Of a stretch of DNA of 64,000 nt, positions 35,906-46,429 are shown piece after piece. Position 1 is the stretch's first letter. Each line of letters opens with the position of its first letter. Under the pieces are notes generated by a model. That model saw nothing but the letters and a program-made list of their open reading frames with translations, was not told the DNA's origin and did not search any database. Made by a program: the position numbers and the translations under genes. This DNA comes from an uncultured Oscillospiraceae bacterium (GTDB lineage Bacteria; Bacillota; Clostridia; UMGS1883), in assembly GCA_964572985.1 (NCBI GenBank), contig CAZNIC010000005.1:6777-70776 (forward strand). The letters are read 5' to 3'.

Positions 35906-38261
35906 ATTTCAGTATTTCATCTATGCAAAAATCGCACAGCTCTCTTGCTGTTTCATAGTTTGTGCTCTCTCCGACGACATGGCACACCTCTTTGTTGCCG
36001 TCGGGCATTACCACAACCCAGCCTTTATCAAGGGTTATTTTTACGCCCTCGGAGCTTTCGGCATTGTTGCGGCTAAGATGCTTTATTTTTCCCATTACCT
36101 TTTCTATTTCGCCTTTTGGTATCTCGATAACCGTTTTTGCAATTGTAATCGGTGGTATTTGGTTTATAAGGGTTTCGATATCCTCTCGGGCAAAATAATC
36201 CACAAGCTTTATTACCGAACCTACAGCATCATAGCGGAATATATATTCATCCGAGACAATTTCTTTTCCTTTTATGCTGTCATCCGGAACAAGAGGCTCC
36301 CGCACTATTTCGCAGCCGTGTTTTTCTGCCAGCATATCTATTGCAGAGGAGGCTGTTAACGGAACGTGTATTGTTGCGCCTTTGTGCTTTTTCATTATTA
36401 CAAGACAGGTGAGTGCCATATATGCCTCATCGTCAAGTGTGCGTCTTTTAGGCAGCACCACGGTAAGTTTTTCGCATTTTGCATCTATAACAAAGCCAAT
36501 GTCAAAGCCGCCTAAATCAACGCTTTGCTCAAAAGCCTTCTTTTGGGCGACGGATATTACCTCGTACGGCATATACATACTTATCGAGCAACCAAAGTCT
36601 GCCATTGCTGAGCTTATCAGCCTTCTGCCCCATATGGCAGGACAGGCGAGGAGTATTTTGAGGGGTTTGCGTTTTTTATCGGTGTATCCTACCAAGCTTT
36701 TGAGATAATGTATTTTATATTCAAAAAGGTATTCGCTCTCTGTAATTTTTTTGCTCTCAGGATAAAGAAAATCTCCTTTTTCAAAATAGTCTTCCATTCT
36801 TCCGCGTACAGTTTCCCCAACCTCTGCTCCGTCGCTGCCTATTATATCAATCATTGCCACATCTTCGCCGTCTTTTTCAACAACGCTTATACTAATTGCA
36901 CCTTTAAGCATGTAAAAAAGAACTCCGCGCCGTGTTATTGGGAGCGGCTGTTCGCCGAAATCCTTCACACGACACCCCATGCCCAAAAGCCCTGCCACAA
37001 CGGCATCTCTTACCATTATCCCTGCCGCACTGCCATCGGTTGCAACACCTATTTCTCCACCGTCAAAGCCTGCACCCGCACACTCCCCCAGCATAGTGCA
37101 AAACCTTGGCGTTATGTCTGCATTGATAACGCCTTCAATAACACCTTTTTTATACAGTCTCGTCCTTTTTTTCTGTCCCCACAAAACGTTCTCCGAGACA
37201 GTTATGCAATCCTCAAGTGTTTTTTCGGGCCATATTTTCACAAAGGAGCGTACCGTAACAGCCTCGCCTATTTTGGTGCTTTTTCCTATCACCGCCTGTT
37301 CAAGCACTGTTGTATTATCGCCTATTATTACCCCTTCGTCTGCGATACATCCTCTGAGAGATACGTTTTTTCCGATACGGCAACCTTTCAAAACTATGCT
37401 TCGTTTAAGACTTGCGCCCTCTTTTACAACTGTGCCTTCACCTATGTGAGAATACGCTCCCACCTTTGCGCCTTTGTGTATGTGCGCGTTTTTTCCGATA
37501 TAACACGGTGCTTCCAACAGTGCACCCTTTTCAACAATTGCTCCTTCACTAACCATTATGCCCTTTGCCCGTTTCTTTTTTAAACACTCTAAAAAGCTGA
37601 AGCCCGCACGCATAAATGAGGGGATATCCTCGACGCTTATGACGGTTTCCGAGGTACTCATTGCATATATGCTTTTGCCTGCCCGAACAAGAGAAGGAAA
37701 AACATTTTCAAAAAGGTCGGTGCTCATATCTTCGGGGATGAAGCGGATTATGTCTCTGCTAAGCATATATACTCCCGCACCCTTTTCGTCGCCGGTAATA
37801 CTGTTCCAAAGGCGTTTTTCCTCAATGCGGTTGATCCTGCAGTCGCCTCCGATTGAAATTCGATTTCCCGAATTTTTTGCCACAAGGATTGTTGCATATG
37901 CCCCTCTTTGGTGATGAAATTTAACAAGACGTGAGAAATCCGCTTCACTGTAAATAAGTTTTGAAAAATACAAAAACTCCTTTGCAAGTACATCACCATG
38001 GGTTTTAAGTCCGCCGTCCTCAAAGTCAGTTTTTGCATATTGTATTTTGATTCCGTCATAGTCATTCCCGAGGCTTTTTTCTACTTCGTCGCCCATGTAA
38101 CCGGTTATGATGACAACCTCCGTAACGGAGTGTTTTTTCAAATTTTCTATAAGCCTTTGTATGAGATATTTATCTCCCATGGTTATCAGTCCCGCCGGCT
38201 TGGTACAGCTTAATGGTCTGAGTCTCGTTCCTTCTGAGGATATATTTATAACCGCCTGCAT
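35904..38261 (-). CDS. Sugar-phosphate nucleotidyltransferase / left-handed beta-helix / phosphohexomutase-like fusion protein
   Basis: Start at MQAVINISS. The N-terminus is NTP-transferase-like (SEGTRLRPLSCTKPAGL). The middle carries hexapeptide repeats. The C-terminal ~400 aa follow the PGM/PMM four-domain pattern, ending GWVVVMPDGNKEVCHVVGES. Confidence 0.75.
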   Translation of the reverse strand: MQAVINISSEGTRLRPLSCTKPAGLITMGDKYLIQRLIENLKKHSVTEVVIITGYMGDEVEKSLGNDYDGIKIQYAKTDFEDGGLKTHGDVLAKEFLYFSKLIYSEADFSRLVKFHHQRGAYATILVAKNSGNRISIGGDCRINRIEEKRLWNSITGDEKGAGVYMLSRDIIRFIPEDMSTDLFENVFPSLVRAGKSIYAMSTSETVISVEDIPSFMRAGFSFLECLKKKRAKGIMVSEGAIVEKGALLEAPCYIGKNAHIHKGAKVGAYSHIGEGTVVKEGASLKRSIVLKGCRIGKNVSLRGCIADEGVIIGDNTTVLEQAVIGKSTKIGEAVTVRSFVKIWPEKTLEDCITVSENVLWGQKKRTRLYKKGVIEGVINADITPRFCTMLGECAGAGFDGGEIGVATDGSAAGIMVRDAVVAGLLGMGCRVKDFGEQPLPITRRGVLFYMLKGAISISVVEKDGEDVAMIDIIGSDGAEVGETVRGRMEDYFEKGDFLYPESKKITESEYLFEYKIHYLKSLVGYTDKKRKPLKILLACPAIWGRRLISSAMADFGCSISMYMPYEVISVAQKKAFEQSVDLGGFDIGFVIDAKCEKLTVVLPKRRTLDDEAYMALTCLVIMKKHKGATIHVPLTASSAIDMLAEKHGCEIVREPLVPDDSIKGKEIVSDEYIFRYDAVGSVIKLVDYFAREDIETLINQIPPITIAKTVIEIPKGEIEKVMGKIKHLSRNNAESSEGVKITLDKGWVVVMPDGNKEVCHVVGESTNYETARELCDFCIDEILK

Positions 38262-38280
38262 ATATTTTTTCAGTACCCTT

Positions 38281-38661
38281 CTATAATATATTTGAAATTT
38301 TGATTTTGTTCCTTTTGTATATATGCTCAAACTGCAACCTGAGTTTACCAATTGTCATCAAAGAGCTTTCAACGTTATTTTGCCTGATATTTTCACCAAG
38401 CTCCGTCAACAGCAGATTTACCGCGTCAGTATCTTCATGGGAAGTAATAGCATCAAGAATGTCTTCATTCTGTGTCCATTTTTTCTTAAGAAGAGAAAAT
38501 TTTTCTTTTGCCCCGTCCAAATCGTTCTCCTGTACGTTGGCAGTGATTTCATCCAGCTCATTAATATTGGATGAAATCACCTTTTCAATTTTTCCGCTCT
38601 CATACAGACACAAGGCAACTATCAAAAAAAGTAATACTGCCGCAACAGTCATTCTACGCAT
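38281..38661 (-). CDS. DUF4363-like small membrane-anchored protein
   Basis: 126 aa with an N-terminal TM helix followed by a helical domain. It is paired with a DUF421 gene, a pairing I recall as common in spore-formers. Confidence 0.6.
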   Translation of the reverse strand: MRRMTVAAVLLFLIVALCLYESGKIEKVISSNINELDEITANVQENDLDGAKEKFSLLKKKWTQNEDILDAITSHEDTDAVNLLLTELGENIRQNNVESSLMTIGKLRLQFEHIYKRNKIKISNIL

Positions 38662-39340
38662 GTTTTTTTCCGTTCCTTTCCTGTACGCATATTATTTTTG
38701 AATCAAGGGCACTCAGATACAGGATGTCTCTCATATGCTTGATTTTTCTTTTTCGCATTTCTTTTTCAATATCCTTTAGGGTAAGCTTCGCCTCATCAAG
38801 GTCCTTTTTTCTTATTTTGCCGTCTGCAACAACAATGAAGGGTGTTATGTTTTCTTCGCCTTCTATGTCTACATCACCTATTTTAACGGGCGACGCTTCT
38901 TTTTTTGCAATCACCGACACCTGTCCGTTTGTTTCGATTACGATTTCTGATATTTCGTTCAGACTTGTATAGCCGTTGATACGTATTTGTTCTTCGATAT
39001 CATCCACAGTAACCCTGAGCTGTTGCATCTGTTTTTCGCAGAGCTTTCCCTCCCTCACAAGTCTGCAGCTGTGCCCTACCAGAATACGGCGTATAATCCT
39101 GCTTTTAAGTATGAGATACGCAAACAAAAGCTCAAGTATTACAAGCGTAAAAATAGGGATTATTCCGTCTGCCAACGGAGCCGCCTTTGACTGCATGGGA
39201 ACAGTGGCAAGGTCAGATATCATAATCGAAACAACAAGCTCTGTAGGGTGCATTTCACCTATAGTACGCTTGCCCATAATCCGCATTGCAAGTATTACCG
39301 AAATATACAGTATTATAGTTCTTATAAATGACAGACCCAT
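38654..39340 (-). CDS. DUF421 (YetF-like) membrane protein
   Basis: Start at MGLSFIRT (GGAGG RBS). The motif RIMGKRTIGEMHPTELVVSIMISDLA is typical of DUF421. Confidence 0.8.
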   Translation of the reverse strand: MGLSFIRTIILYISVILAMRIMGKRTIGEMHPTELVVSIMISDLATVPMQSKAAPLADGIIPIFTLVILELLFAYLILKSRIIRRILVGHSCRLVREGKLCEKQMQQLRVTVDDIEEQIRINGYTSLNEISEIVIETNGQVSVIAKKEASPVKIGDVDIEGEENITPFIVVADGKIRKKDLDEAKLTLKDIEKEMRKRKIKHMRDILYLSALDSKIICVQERNGKKHA

Positions 39341-39419
39341 CTTTTTGCCTCCAAACGGTAAATTCACTATATATTGTGTCCTTATGGCAAAAATTTATTC
39401 TGCCCGCGATGCCTTTATG

Positions 39420-39449
39420 TTGACATTTTGTGCATTTTCGGGTTATAAT
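39420..39449 (+). promoter_or_regulatory. murA promoter
   Basis: TTGACA (39420-39425), 18-nt spacer, TATAAT (39444-39449). Confidence 0.6.
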
Positions 39450-39503
39450 ATACTGTGTATGTGTATATACCTATTTCTTTAAGAAAGTGGTGTTTTTATA
39501 TAA

Positions 39504-40769
39504 ATGGAAAATTTACGTGTGTGTGGCGGTAATCGTTTGTACGGTGAAATAGTGACCGGCGGTGCAAAGAATGCAGCCGTTGCTATCATCCCTGCGGCAC
39601 TCCTCGTTGACGGCGTTTGCCGCATTGAGAACGTGCCCGATATCCGCGACGTTAATCTTATACTTGAAATGCTCTCCTTTTTGGGGGCAAAAGTCACAAA
39701 GGTGGACACCAATACTGTTGAAATTGACTCCTCCTGTGTATCGACCTACAAGGCTCCTTATGACCTTGCAAGCCGTATGCGTGCGTCCTATTATCTTTTA
39801 GGCGCGCTTTTGGGCAGATTCGGCAAGGCTGAGGTTGCGCTCCCGGGCGGTTGCAATTTTGGTGAAAGACCCATTGACCTCCACATAAAAGGTTTCCGTG
39901 CTTTAGGCGCGGAAGTTGACATAGTCCGCGGTCAGGTTGAGGCGAAAGCAGATTCTCTCCACGGTGCGAGCGTTTACCTTGATAAGGTGAGCGTAGGTGC
40001 CACTATGAATATTATCTTAGCTGCAACACTTGCAAACGGCAGAACGATAATCGAAAATGCCGCAAAAGAGCCTCACATTGTTGACCTTGCAAATTTCCTT
40101 AATGCTATGGGCGCGAGAATTCGCGGTGCAGGTACCGACACTATCCGTATTGACGGTGTTGAACGTCTTTCGGGCGGCAGCTATGCGATTATCCCCGACC
40201 AGATTGAAGCGGGTACTTTTATGATTATGGCTGCAGCGGCAGGCGGTGACGTTCTTGTTAAAAACCTTATCCCCAAGCATATGGCATCACTTGTTTCCAA
40301 GCTTGAGGAAATGGGCGTCGAAATTGAAGAATATGATGATGCTATCCGCGTCAGACGCGAAAAGCCTCTTCGTCCCTGTGATGTACGCACAATGCCTTAC
40401 CCCGGTTTCCCCACTGACTTACAGCCTCAGATTGTGGCACTTTTGTCCCTTGCAGAGGGTACAAGCAAAGTAACCGAGGATGTGTGGGATAACCGTTTCC
40501 AGTACGTTGGTGAGCTTAAAAGATTGGGTGCGGATATTTCCGTACAGGGCAAAACTGCCATTATTGAAGGCGGCAGTACCCTTTATGGTGCGCCTGTAAG
40601 GGCGACAGACCTCCGTGCAGGTGCCGCACTTATTATTGCTGCTCTTGCGGCAGAGGGCATCACTGTTATTAATGACCCCATCTATATCGACCGAGGCTAC
40701 GAAAACATCGAGGGCAGACTTTCCCGCATAGGTGCATCGATAGAAAGAGTGTATATTTCCAATGGTTGA
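39504..40769 (+). CDS. murA: UDP-N-acetylglucosamine 1-carboxyvinyltransferase
   Basis: 421 aa. N-terminus LRVCGGNRLYGEIVTGGAKNAAVAIIPAALL, with an active-site loop containing GGCNFGERPIDLH. Confidence 0.96.
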   Translation: MENLRVCGGNRLYGEIVTGGAKNAAVAIIPAALLVDGVCRIENVPDIRDVNLILEMLSFLGAKVTKVDTNTVEIDSSCVSTYKAPYDLASRMRASYYLLGALLGRFGKAEVALPGGCNFGERPIDLHIKGFRALGAEVDIVRGQVEAKADSLHGASVYLDKVSVGATMNIILAATLANGRTIIENAAKEPHIVDLANFLNAMGARIRGAGTDTIRIDGVERLSGGSYAIIPDQIEAGTFMIMAAAAGGDVLVKNLIPKHMASLVSKLEEMGVEIEEYDDAIRVRREKPLRPCDVRTMPYPGFPTDLQPQIVALLSLAEGTSKVTEDVWDNRFQYVGELKRLGADISVQGKTAIIEGGSTLYGAPVRATDLRAGAALIIAALAAEGITVINDPIYIDRGYENIEGRLSRIGASIERVYISNG

Positions 40770-41553
40770 AATTTGTAGTCTTTTCTCAGGCAGCAGTGGC
40801 AACTCGAGCTTTGTCAAAGCAGGCAACACCAATATTTTGGTAGACTGCGGTGACAGTGGCAGTCGCGTTGAAGACTCTCTTAAACAAATCGGCGTTGACC
40901 CCGGAAGCCTCCACTGCATTTTTATAACACATGAGCACATTGACCACATCAAAGGCGCAGGCATAATGTCAAGACGATACAATCTTCCCATTTATGCCTC
41001 CTACGGAACGTGGCAAAAAATGATATCAAAAATCGGCAAAATCAATATTGACAATATCCGTTACATACAAGGCGGTGTTCCCTTTGGGGTTCGTGACGCA
41101 GTCGTAACACCGTTTTCCACACCTCATGACAGTACGGAAAGCGTAGGCTTTACCATTGAGCACAACGAAAAGAGGGTATCTGTCGCAACAGATATAGGCG
41201 TTATGAACAAAACTGTTTATGACAATATACGTCACAGCGACATTGTTCTTTTGGAGTCAAACCATGACGTTGACATGCTCCTTAACGGACCTTATTCTCC
41301 CGATTTAAAAAGACGTGTCCGCTCAAGCGTGGGACATTTGTCAAACGATGACTGTGCACTTACCTGCGCACATCTTCTCAATGAAGGGGTAAAGCATATC
41401 ATATTGGGTCACTTGAGCCTTGACAACAACACCCCCCGCATTGCATATTCCACAACGGAGGAAAGCCTTGTAAACATGGGTGCAAAAATAGGCAGTGACG
41501 TGACGCTTGAGGTTGCCTCCCGCTACACGCCCTCTGCAAAATACTCTGTATAA
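40762..41553 (+). CDS. MBL-fold metallo-hydrolase (YycJ/WalJ-like)
   Basis: FITHEHIDHIKG metal-binding motif. 263 aa. Confidence 0.85.
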   Translation: MVEICSLFSGSSGNSSFVKAGNTNILVDCGDSGSRVEDSLKQIGVDPGSLHCIFITHEHIDHIKGAGIMSRRYNLPIYASYGTWQKMISKIGKINIDNIRYIQGGVPFGVRDAVVTPFSTPHDSTESVGFTIEHNEKRVSVATDIGVMNKTVYDNIRHSDIVLLESNHDVDMLLNGPYSPDLKRRVRSSVGHLSNDDCALTCAHLLNEGVKHIILGHLSLDNNTPRIAYSTTEESLVNMGAKIGSDVTLEVASRYTPSAKYSV

Positions 41554-41566
41554 AAGGTGTGACAGT

Positions 41567-42046
41567 ATGCCAAACGTAACTGTTATCTCGGTAGGTAAAA
41601 TTAAAGAAAAGTTTATCAAAGACGCTCTTACGGAATACGAAAAGCGTCTTTCGCGTTTTTGCAAGTTCAAGACGATAGAAATCAATGACCGTCCTATCCC
41701 CGACAATGCCTCATGTGCAGAAGAAAACGCCGTCCTCACAAAGGAAGGCGGCGATATACTTGCAAAAATTGACAAGGGTGATTATGTCATCAGCATGTGT
41801 ATTGAGGGCAAAAAGCTTTCAAGCACTCAATTGGCAAAAAAGCTGTCGGATGCTTTCATGTCATCATGCAACATCACTTTTATTATAGGCGGGTCACTCG
41901 GCTTATCCGACACTGTTAAAGCACGCAGTGATTTTCGTCTTAGTATGTCAGACATGACGTTTCCCCATAATCTTGCCAAATTAATGCTCACAGAGCAGAT
42001 TTACCGCGCATTTAAGATAAATGCTAATGAAAACTATCATAAGTAA
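41567..42046 (+). CDS. rlmH: 23S rRNA (pseudouridine1915-N3)-methyltransferase
   Basis: Start at MPNVTVISVGKIKEKF. 159 aa, SPOUT/RlmH-like, with a C-terminus ...LMLTEQIYRAFKI. Confidence 0.9.
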   Translation: MPNVTVISVGKIKEKFIKDALTEYEKRLSRFCKFKTIEINDRPIPDNASCAEENAVLTKEGGDILAKIDKGDYVISMCIEGKKLSSTQLAKKLSDAFMSSCNITFIIGGSLGLSDTVKARSDFRLSMSDMTFPHNLAKLMLTEQIYRAFKINANENYHK

Positions 42047-42081
42047 AAGAAAGAGAACCGCAGTGCGGTTCTCTTTCTTTT
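42046..42081. terminator. Bidirectional terminator between rlmH and dnaE
   Basis: AAAGAAAGAGAACCGC-agt-GCGGTTCTCTTTCTTT. Confidence 0.8.
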
Positions 42082-45000
42082 ACTTTATCTGACTTCTTTC
42101 TTCGCCGAAGTACTTATCGATAAGTACTTTTGTTTCGTCAGCATTTGTTCTAATTGTAGAATGCGTGTCGATTGCTCTTTCGGGGAAAACAAGCCTTACT
42201 TTATCGATACCCTTTTTTGAGAGAATGATACGTCTTAAATCATCAAGACGATTTATGTCGCTCTCGTTAAGCGTAATTTCCAGCGTTTTGCCCGCACCGC
42301 CGTCTGTGGCGCGGTTGCCCTCTTTTTCAATGGGTGCAACAGTGTCCATGATAAGCTTGGGTTGTGCTTCTTCCTTGGCATCAATCCTTGCAGCAAGCCT
42401 TAAGATTGCACCTTCCTTCAATATGCTGTCGCATTTTGAAAGTGTTTTCGGGAAAACTATTGTCTCAACACTGCCCGTAAAGTCTTCAATTACGATAAAG
42501 CTCATGAGAGTGTTGTTCTTAGTTATTTTATCACGTCTTGATGTAACGATACCTGCAATTGTGACGTTATCGCCGTCAGCGTAATCACTCTCGTCACCGC
42601 CTGCGCCCATTACCTCTGCAATGCGTGTATAGCGCGAATCTGATATGACAGCGCGGTATTCGTCCAAAGGATGACCCGAAAAATACATGCCTGCCCATTC
42701 CTTTTCCATTTCAAGCACGATAGCCTTGGGAAGCTCAGGCGCATTGGGAAGCTCGTCCTTTTGTTCCTCACTCATGCCCAAAATATCGCCGAAGAGATTA
42801 ATCTGACCTTCGATATTACTGCGTTTTTCGCTCATGGCAGAGTCTATCATATCTTCAAAGCCTGAAATAAGCTTGTTGCGCTCGGGCACAACAGAGTCAA
42901 ACGCACCAACACGGATAATGCCTTCAACTGCACGCTTGTTAAGCTCATGCTTGCTCATACGCTTTGCAAAGTCGGAGAAAGATTTGAAATTGCCGTTTTG
43001 TTTTCTTTCGTTAACGACCTTGTCCATAAACGCAATACCCACGTTTTTGACAGTGCCGAGACCAAATCGGATGTTGGTTCCCTCAACGCTGAAGGAGGAC
43101 AAGCTCTTATTAATATCGGGAGGCAAAATATCAATGCCCATCATGCGACATTTTTCCACATAAAGAGCAACCTTTTCGCTTTCGTCCATAAAGCCCGTAA
43201 TAAGTGCCGCCATAAAGTATACGGGATAAAAGCACTTAAGATAAGCTGTCTGATAAGCTATTACCGCATATGCTGCCGCATGAGATTTATTGAACGCGTA
43301 TTTTGCAAAAGCGTCCATATCATCAAATATGCTTATTGCTGTTTTTTCGTCAATTCCGCGTCTTAAGCAACCGTCGATTATAACATTGCCGTTTTCGTCC
43401 TCTTCGCCGTAGATAAACCTCTTGCGGGCTTTTTCCATTTCGTGAGCTTTTTTCTTACTCATAGCTCGTCTAACCATGTCGGCACCGCCCAAGGAGAAAC
43501 CTGCAAGCTCTCTTACGATTTCCATAACCTGCTCCTGATACACTATACAGCCGTATGTATCTCGAAGGATTTTTTCCAGAGCAGGATGCTTGTATGTGAT
43601 AAGCTCAGGGTTCTGCTTGTTGCGGATATACTGGGGGATAAAGTCCATGGGGCCGGGTCTGTAAAGAGAAATGCCTGCGATAATATCCTCCAGATTGCCC
43701 GGTTCAAGCTTACGCATGAAGTTTGTCATACCGCCGCTTTCAAGCTGGAACACACCCTCGGTATCGCCCTGAGAAATCATGCGGTACACCTCGGGAGAAT
43801 CATAGGGAATTTTTTCCAGGTCAATATTTATGCCCTGTGCCGATGCAATCTCAAGACAGTTGCGGATAATGGTCAGGTTCTTAAGACCCAAAAAGTCCAT
43901 TTTAAGAAGACCAAGCTCCTCAACGGTATCCTTTGTAAACTGCGTTACAACTACGTCGTCATTTTTTGACAGGGGGATGTTTTCGTCCAGTCTTTCGCCA
44001 CAGATAACAACGCCTGCCGCGTGAGTACCGCTGGATTTAGGCAGACCTTCAATGCTCATGGCGGTATCAACAAGCTTTTTCACCTGCTCGTCGGATTCAT
44101 AAGCCTCTTTAAGCTTGGGGGTTTTGAGCGCCTCCTCCAATGTTACGTTCAAAGTTTTGGGCACGGCTTTTGCCACAAGGTCAACATCAGAGTAGGGTAT
44201 GCCCATTACTCTGCCTGAGTCGCGGATTGCACCGCGCGCCTTCATCGTGCCAAAGGTTACAATCTGGCACACGTTGTCCTTGCCGTACTTGTTGACAACG
44301 TAGTCGATAACCTCGCCACGTCGTTCGATACAAAAGTCTATATCAATATCGGGCATGGATACTCTTTCGGGGTTTAAGAATCTTTCAAAAAGAAGATTGT
44401 ATTTTATGGGGTCAATATCGGTAATGCGGAGAGAATAGGAAACCACGCTACCTGCCGCACTGCCTCGTCCTGGACCTACATAAATACCGTTTCGCTTTGC
44501 GTAGCCCACAAAGTCCGACACTATCAAAAAGTAGTCGGTAAAGCCCATGGAGTTGATTACGGAAAGCTCGTATTCAAGCCTTCTCGTTACATCCTCCGCG
44601 GGGTTTTCACCATAGCGGGATTTTAAGCCCTCGCGACACAAATGCTCAAGATAGCCTTCCTTTGTGAAACCTTCGGGTACATCAAACTGGGGAAGGAGCT
44701 TTTTGTGGAATTCAAACTCAAAGTTGCACATATCGGCAATTTTTTGTGTGTTATCAATTGCCCGGGGTGCAAAGGCGAAAAGCGATTTCATTTCCTCTTC
44801 GCTTTTTACATAAAATTCGTCCGTTTCGAACCGCATACGGTTTTCGTCGGAAAGGTTTTTGCCTGTTTGTATACAGAGGAGCACGTCCTGATATGTTGCA
44901 TCCTCTTTTTTTACGTAGTGTACGTCGTTTGTTGCAACAAGCTCTGTGCCCGTCTCTTCCGCAAGCTTCAACATCTGAGGCATAATATCTCTCTGCTCTT

Positions 45001-45529
45001 GGATATTGTGGTCCTGTATTTCGAGGTAAAAATCTTCAAATATTGATTTATACTCCAAAAGTGCTTCCTTTGCACCTTTATAGTCACCGTCTACAAGACG
45101 TGACGGAATAACGCCTGCAAGACACGCAGACAGTGCCACAAGACCTTCGGAATACTTTTTAAGCTCGCTTATATCTGTTCTGGGGCGGTAATAAAATCCG
45201 TCCACAGCCGCTTTTGACACAATTTTGCACAGATTTTTGTAGCCTGTCGCATTTTTTGCCAAAAGCACCAAATGAAAGTTGTTTGCATCTTCTTTTGTGG
45301 ATTTGTCATAAAGAGAGCGTGGCGCAACATAAACCTCACAGCCTATGATGGGTTTTATACCTTCTTTTTTGCACGCCTTATAAAAATCCACGGCACCGTA
45401 CATTACGCCATGGTCGGTAAGCGCCATAGCTGTCTGCCCCAGTTCTTTTGCCCTTTTCGGCAAATCACTGACTCTGCCTGCACCGTCAAGAAGGCTGTAT
45501 TCACTATGTACATGTAAATGTGTAAACAT
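42080..45529 (-). CDS. dnaE: DNA polymerase III alpha subunit (DnaE type)
   Basis: 1149 aa. PHP N-terminus FTHLHVHSEYSLLDGA, and polIII alpha core motifs PDIDIDF. Confidence 0.97.
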   Translation of the reverse strand: MFTHLHVHSEYSLLDGAGRVSDLPKRAKELGQTAMALTDHGVMYGAVDFYKACKKEGIKPIIGCEVYVAPRSLYDKSTKEDANNFHLVLLAKNATGYKNLCKIVSKAAVDGFYYRPRTDISELKKYSEGLVALSACLAGVIPSRLVDGDYKGAKEALLEYKSIFEDFYLEIQDHNIQEQRDIMPQMLKLAEETGTELVATNDVHYVKKEDATYQDVLLCIQTGKNLSDENRMRFETDEFYVKSEEEMKSLFAFAPRAIDNTQKIADMCNFEFEFHKKLLPQFDVPEGFTKEGYLEHLCREGLKSRYGENPAEDVTRRLEYELSVINSMGFTDYFLIVSDFVGYAKRNGIYVGPGRGSAAGSVVSYSLRITDIDPIKYNLLFERFLNPERVSMPDIDIDFCIERRGEVIDYVVNKYGKDNVCQIVTFGTMKARGAIRDSGRVMGIPYSDVDLVAKAVPKTLNVTLEEALKTPKLKEAYESDEQVKKLVDTAMSIEGLPKSSGTHAAGVVICGERLDENIPLSKNDDVVVTQFTKDTVEELGLLKMDFLGLKNLTIIRNCLEIASAQGINIDLEKIPYDSPEVYRMISQGDTEGVFQLESGGMTNFMRKLEPGNLEDIIAGISLYRPGPMDFIPQYIRNKQNPELITYKHPALEKILRDTYGCIVYQEQVMEIVRELAGFSLGGADMVRRAMSKKKAHEMEKARKRFIYGEEDENGNVIIDGCLRRGIDEKTAISIFDDMDAFAKYAFNKSHAAAYAVIAYQTAYLKCFYPVYFMAALITGFMDESEKVALYVEKCRMMGIDILPPDINKSLSSFSVEGTNIRFGLGTVKNVGIAFMDKVVNERKQNGNFKSFSDFAKRMSKHELNKRAVEGIIRVGAFDSVVPERNKLISGFEDMIDSAMSEKRSNIEGQINLFGDILGMSEEQKDELPNAPELPKAIVLEMEKEWAGMYFSGHPLDEYRAVISDSRYTRIAEVMGAGGDESDYADGDNVTIAGIVTSRRDKITKNNTLMSFIVIEDFTGSVETIVFPKTLSKCDSILKEGAILRLAARIDAKEEAQPKLIMDTVAPIEKEGNRATDGGAGKTLEITLNESDINRLDDLRRIILSKKGIDKVRLVFPERAIDTHSTIRTNADETKVLIDKYFGEERSQIK

Positions 45530-45532
45530 AGG

Positions 45533-46414
45533 TTACTCTCCTAATTCCTCTGCTATTTTGATCAGCTTGTTAAGTCTGTTGTTTAGTGTGCTTTTGGGGA
45601 TAGGCGGGTCAAAAAGTGCCGCCAATTCTTTTAGTGATGCACCTTCGTTTTCGAGACGCATCTGAGCCGCTTGTCTGAGCTTTGGTTTTAAAAAGTCAAG
45701 ACCTGCTGTTTTTTCGATAAATTTGATTGCCTGTGTTTCGCGGTAGGAGTTTTCGCTTGCTCTGTCAGCGTTTGCCATGTCACAGTTTATGACACGGTTT
45801 GTTTCGTTGCGTTTGTCTTTGATTACTCTCGCTTCCAAAATCTTGAAAACAGCCTGTGACGATTCTGTCACCTTGAGCATATCGGAAACCGACTCACTTT
45901 TATTGGTGTACACAACAAACAAGTTTTTGCGTTTGGTTTCTTTTGCGTCAACACCCACAACGGACAACACGGCTTTCAAATAATTTGCCGCTTCTTCGTT
46001 TTCGGTAAATATCTCCATTCGGTAGGATTTTTCGGGGTTTGACAAGCTGCCCGCCACCAAAAAAGCACCTCTTACGAATGCTTTTATACAGCAGACAGAA
46101 AGCTCTGTCTCTCCAACAATGCTGACTGAATTTTCCGCTTTAAGGCTAAGCTCTTTCAAGATATCGTCGGGGATTAAAAATTTGTACCCCTCGGCGTTTT
46201 CGCTTAATCGGTCAGGGTAGTCGATGTGACAGGTTTTTCTGAGAAAACTGCTCACACGCTTTGCAAGCAAAAAGCTTTCGGTACCGAATATGACATTGCC
46301 CTCATAGGGCACGGAACCAAACAAAAGCACCCCTTGAAGCTCTGCTATCATACAACAGCGGTTTTTTATTCGAATGTTTAAAAGCTCGTCTTTTACCTCT
46401 TCAAGAAATGTCAT
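45533..46414 (-). CDS. whiA: DNA-binding protein WhiA
   Basis: 293 aa. LAGLIDADG-like core plus a C-terminal HTH. It sits in the canonical rapZ-whiA context. Confidence 0.9.
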   Translation of the reverse strand: MTFLEEVKDELLNIRIKNRCCMIAELQGVLLFGSVPYEGNVIFGTESFLLAKRVSSFLRKTCHIDYPDRLSENAEGYKFLIPDDILKELSLKAENSVSIVGETELSVCCIKAFVRGAFLVAGSLSNPEKSYRMEIFTENEEAANYLKAVLSVVGVDAKETKRKNLFVVYTNKSESVSDMLKVTESSQAVFKILEARVIKDKRNETNRVINCDMANADRASENSYRETQAIKFIEKTAGLDFLKPKLRQAAQMRLENEGASLKELAALFDPPIPKSTLNNRLNKLIKIAEELGE

Positions 46415-46429
46415 TTGTTTTCCTCATTA

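Noticed and set aside
36708-37583. A 291-aa plus-strand ORF, along with 36274-36708 and 36979-37449
   Set aside because: These ORFs are entirely antisense to the well-supported nucleotidyltransferase-fusion gene. Their composition is low-complexity and Cys/Phe-rich, and they have no RBS. They are typical shadow ORFs.
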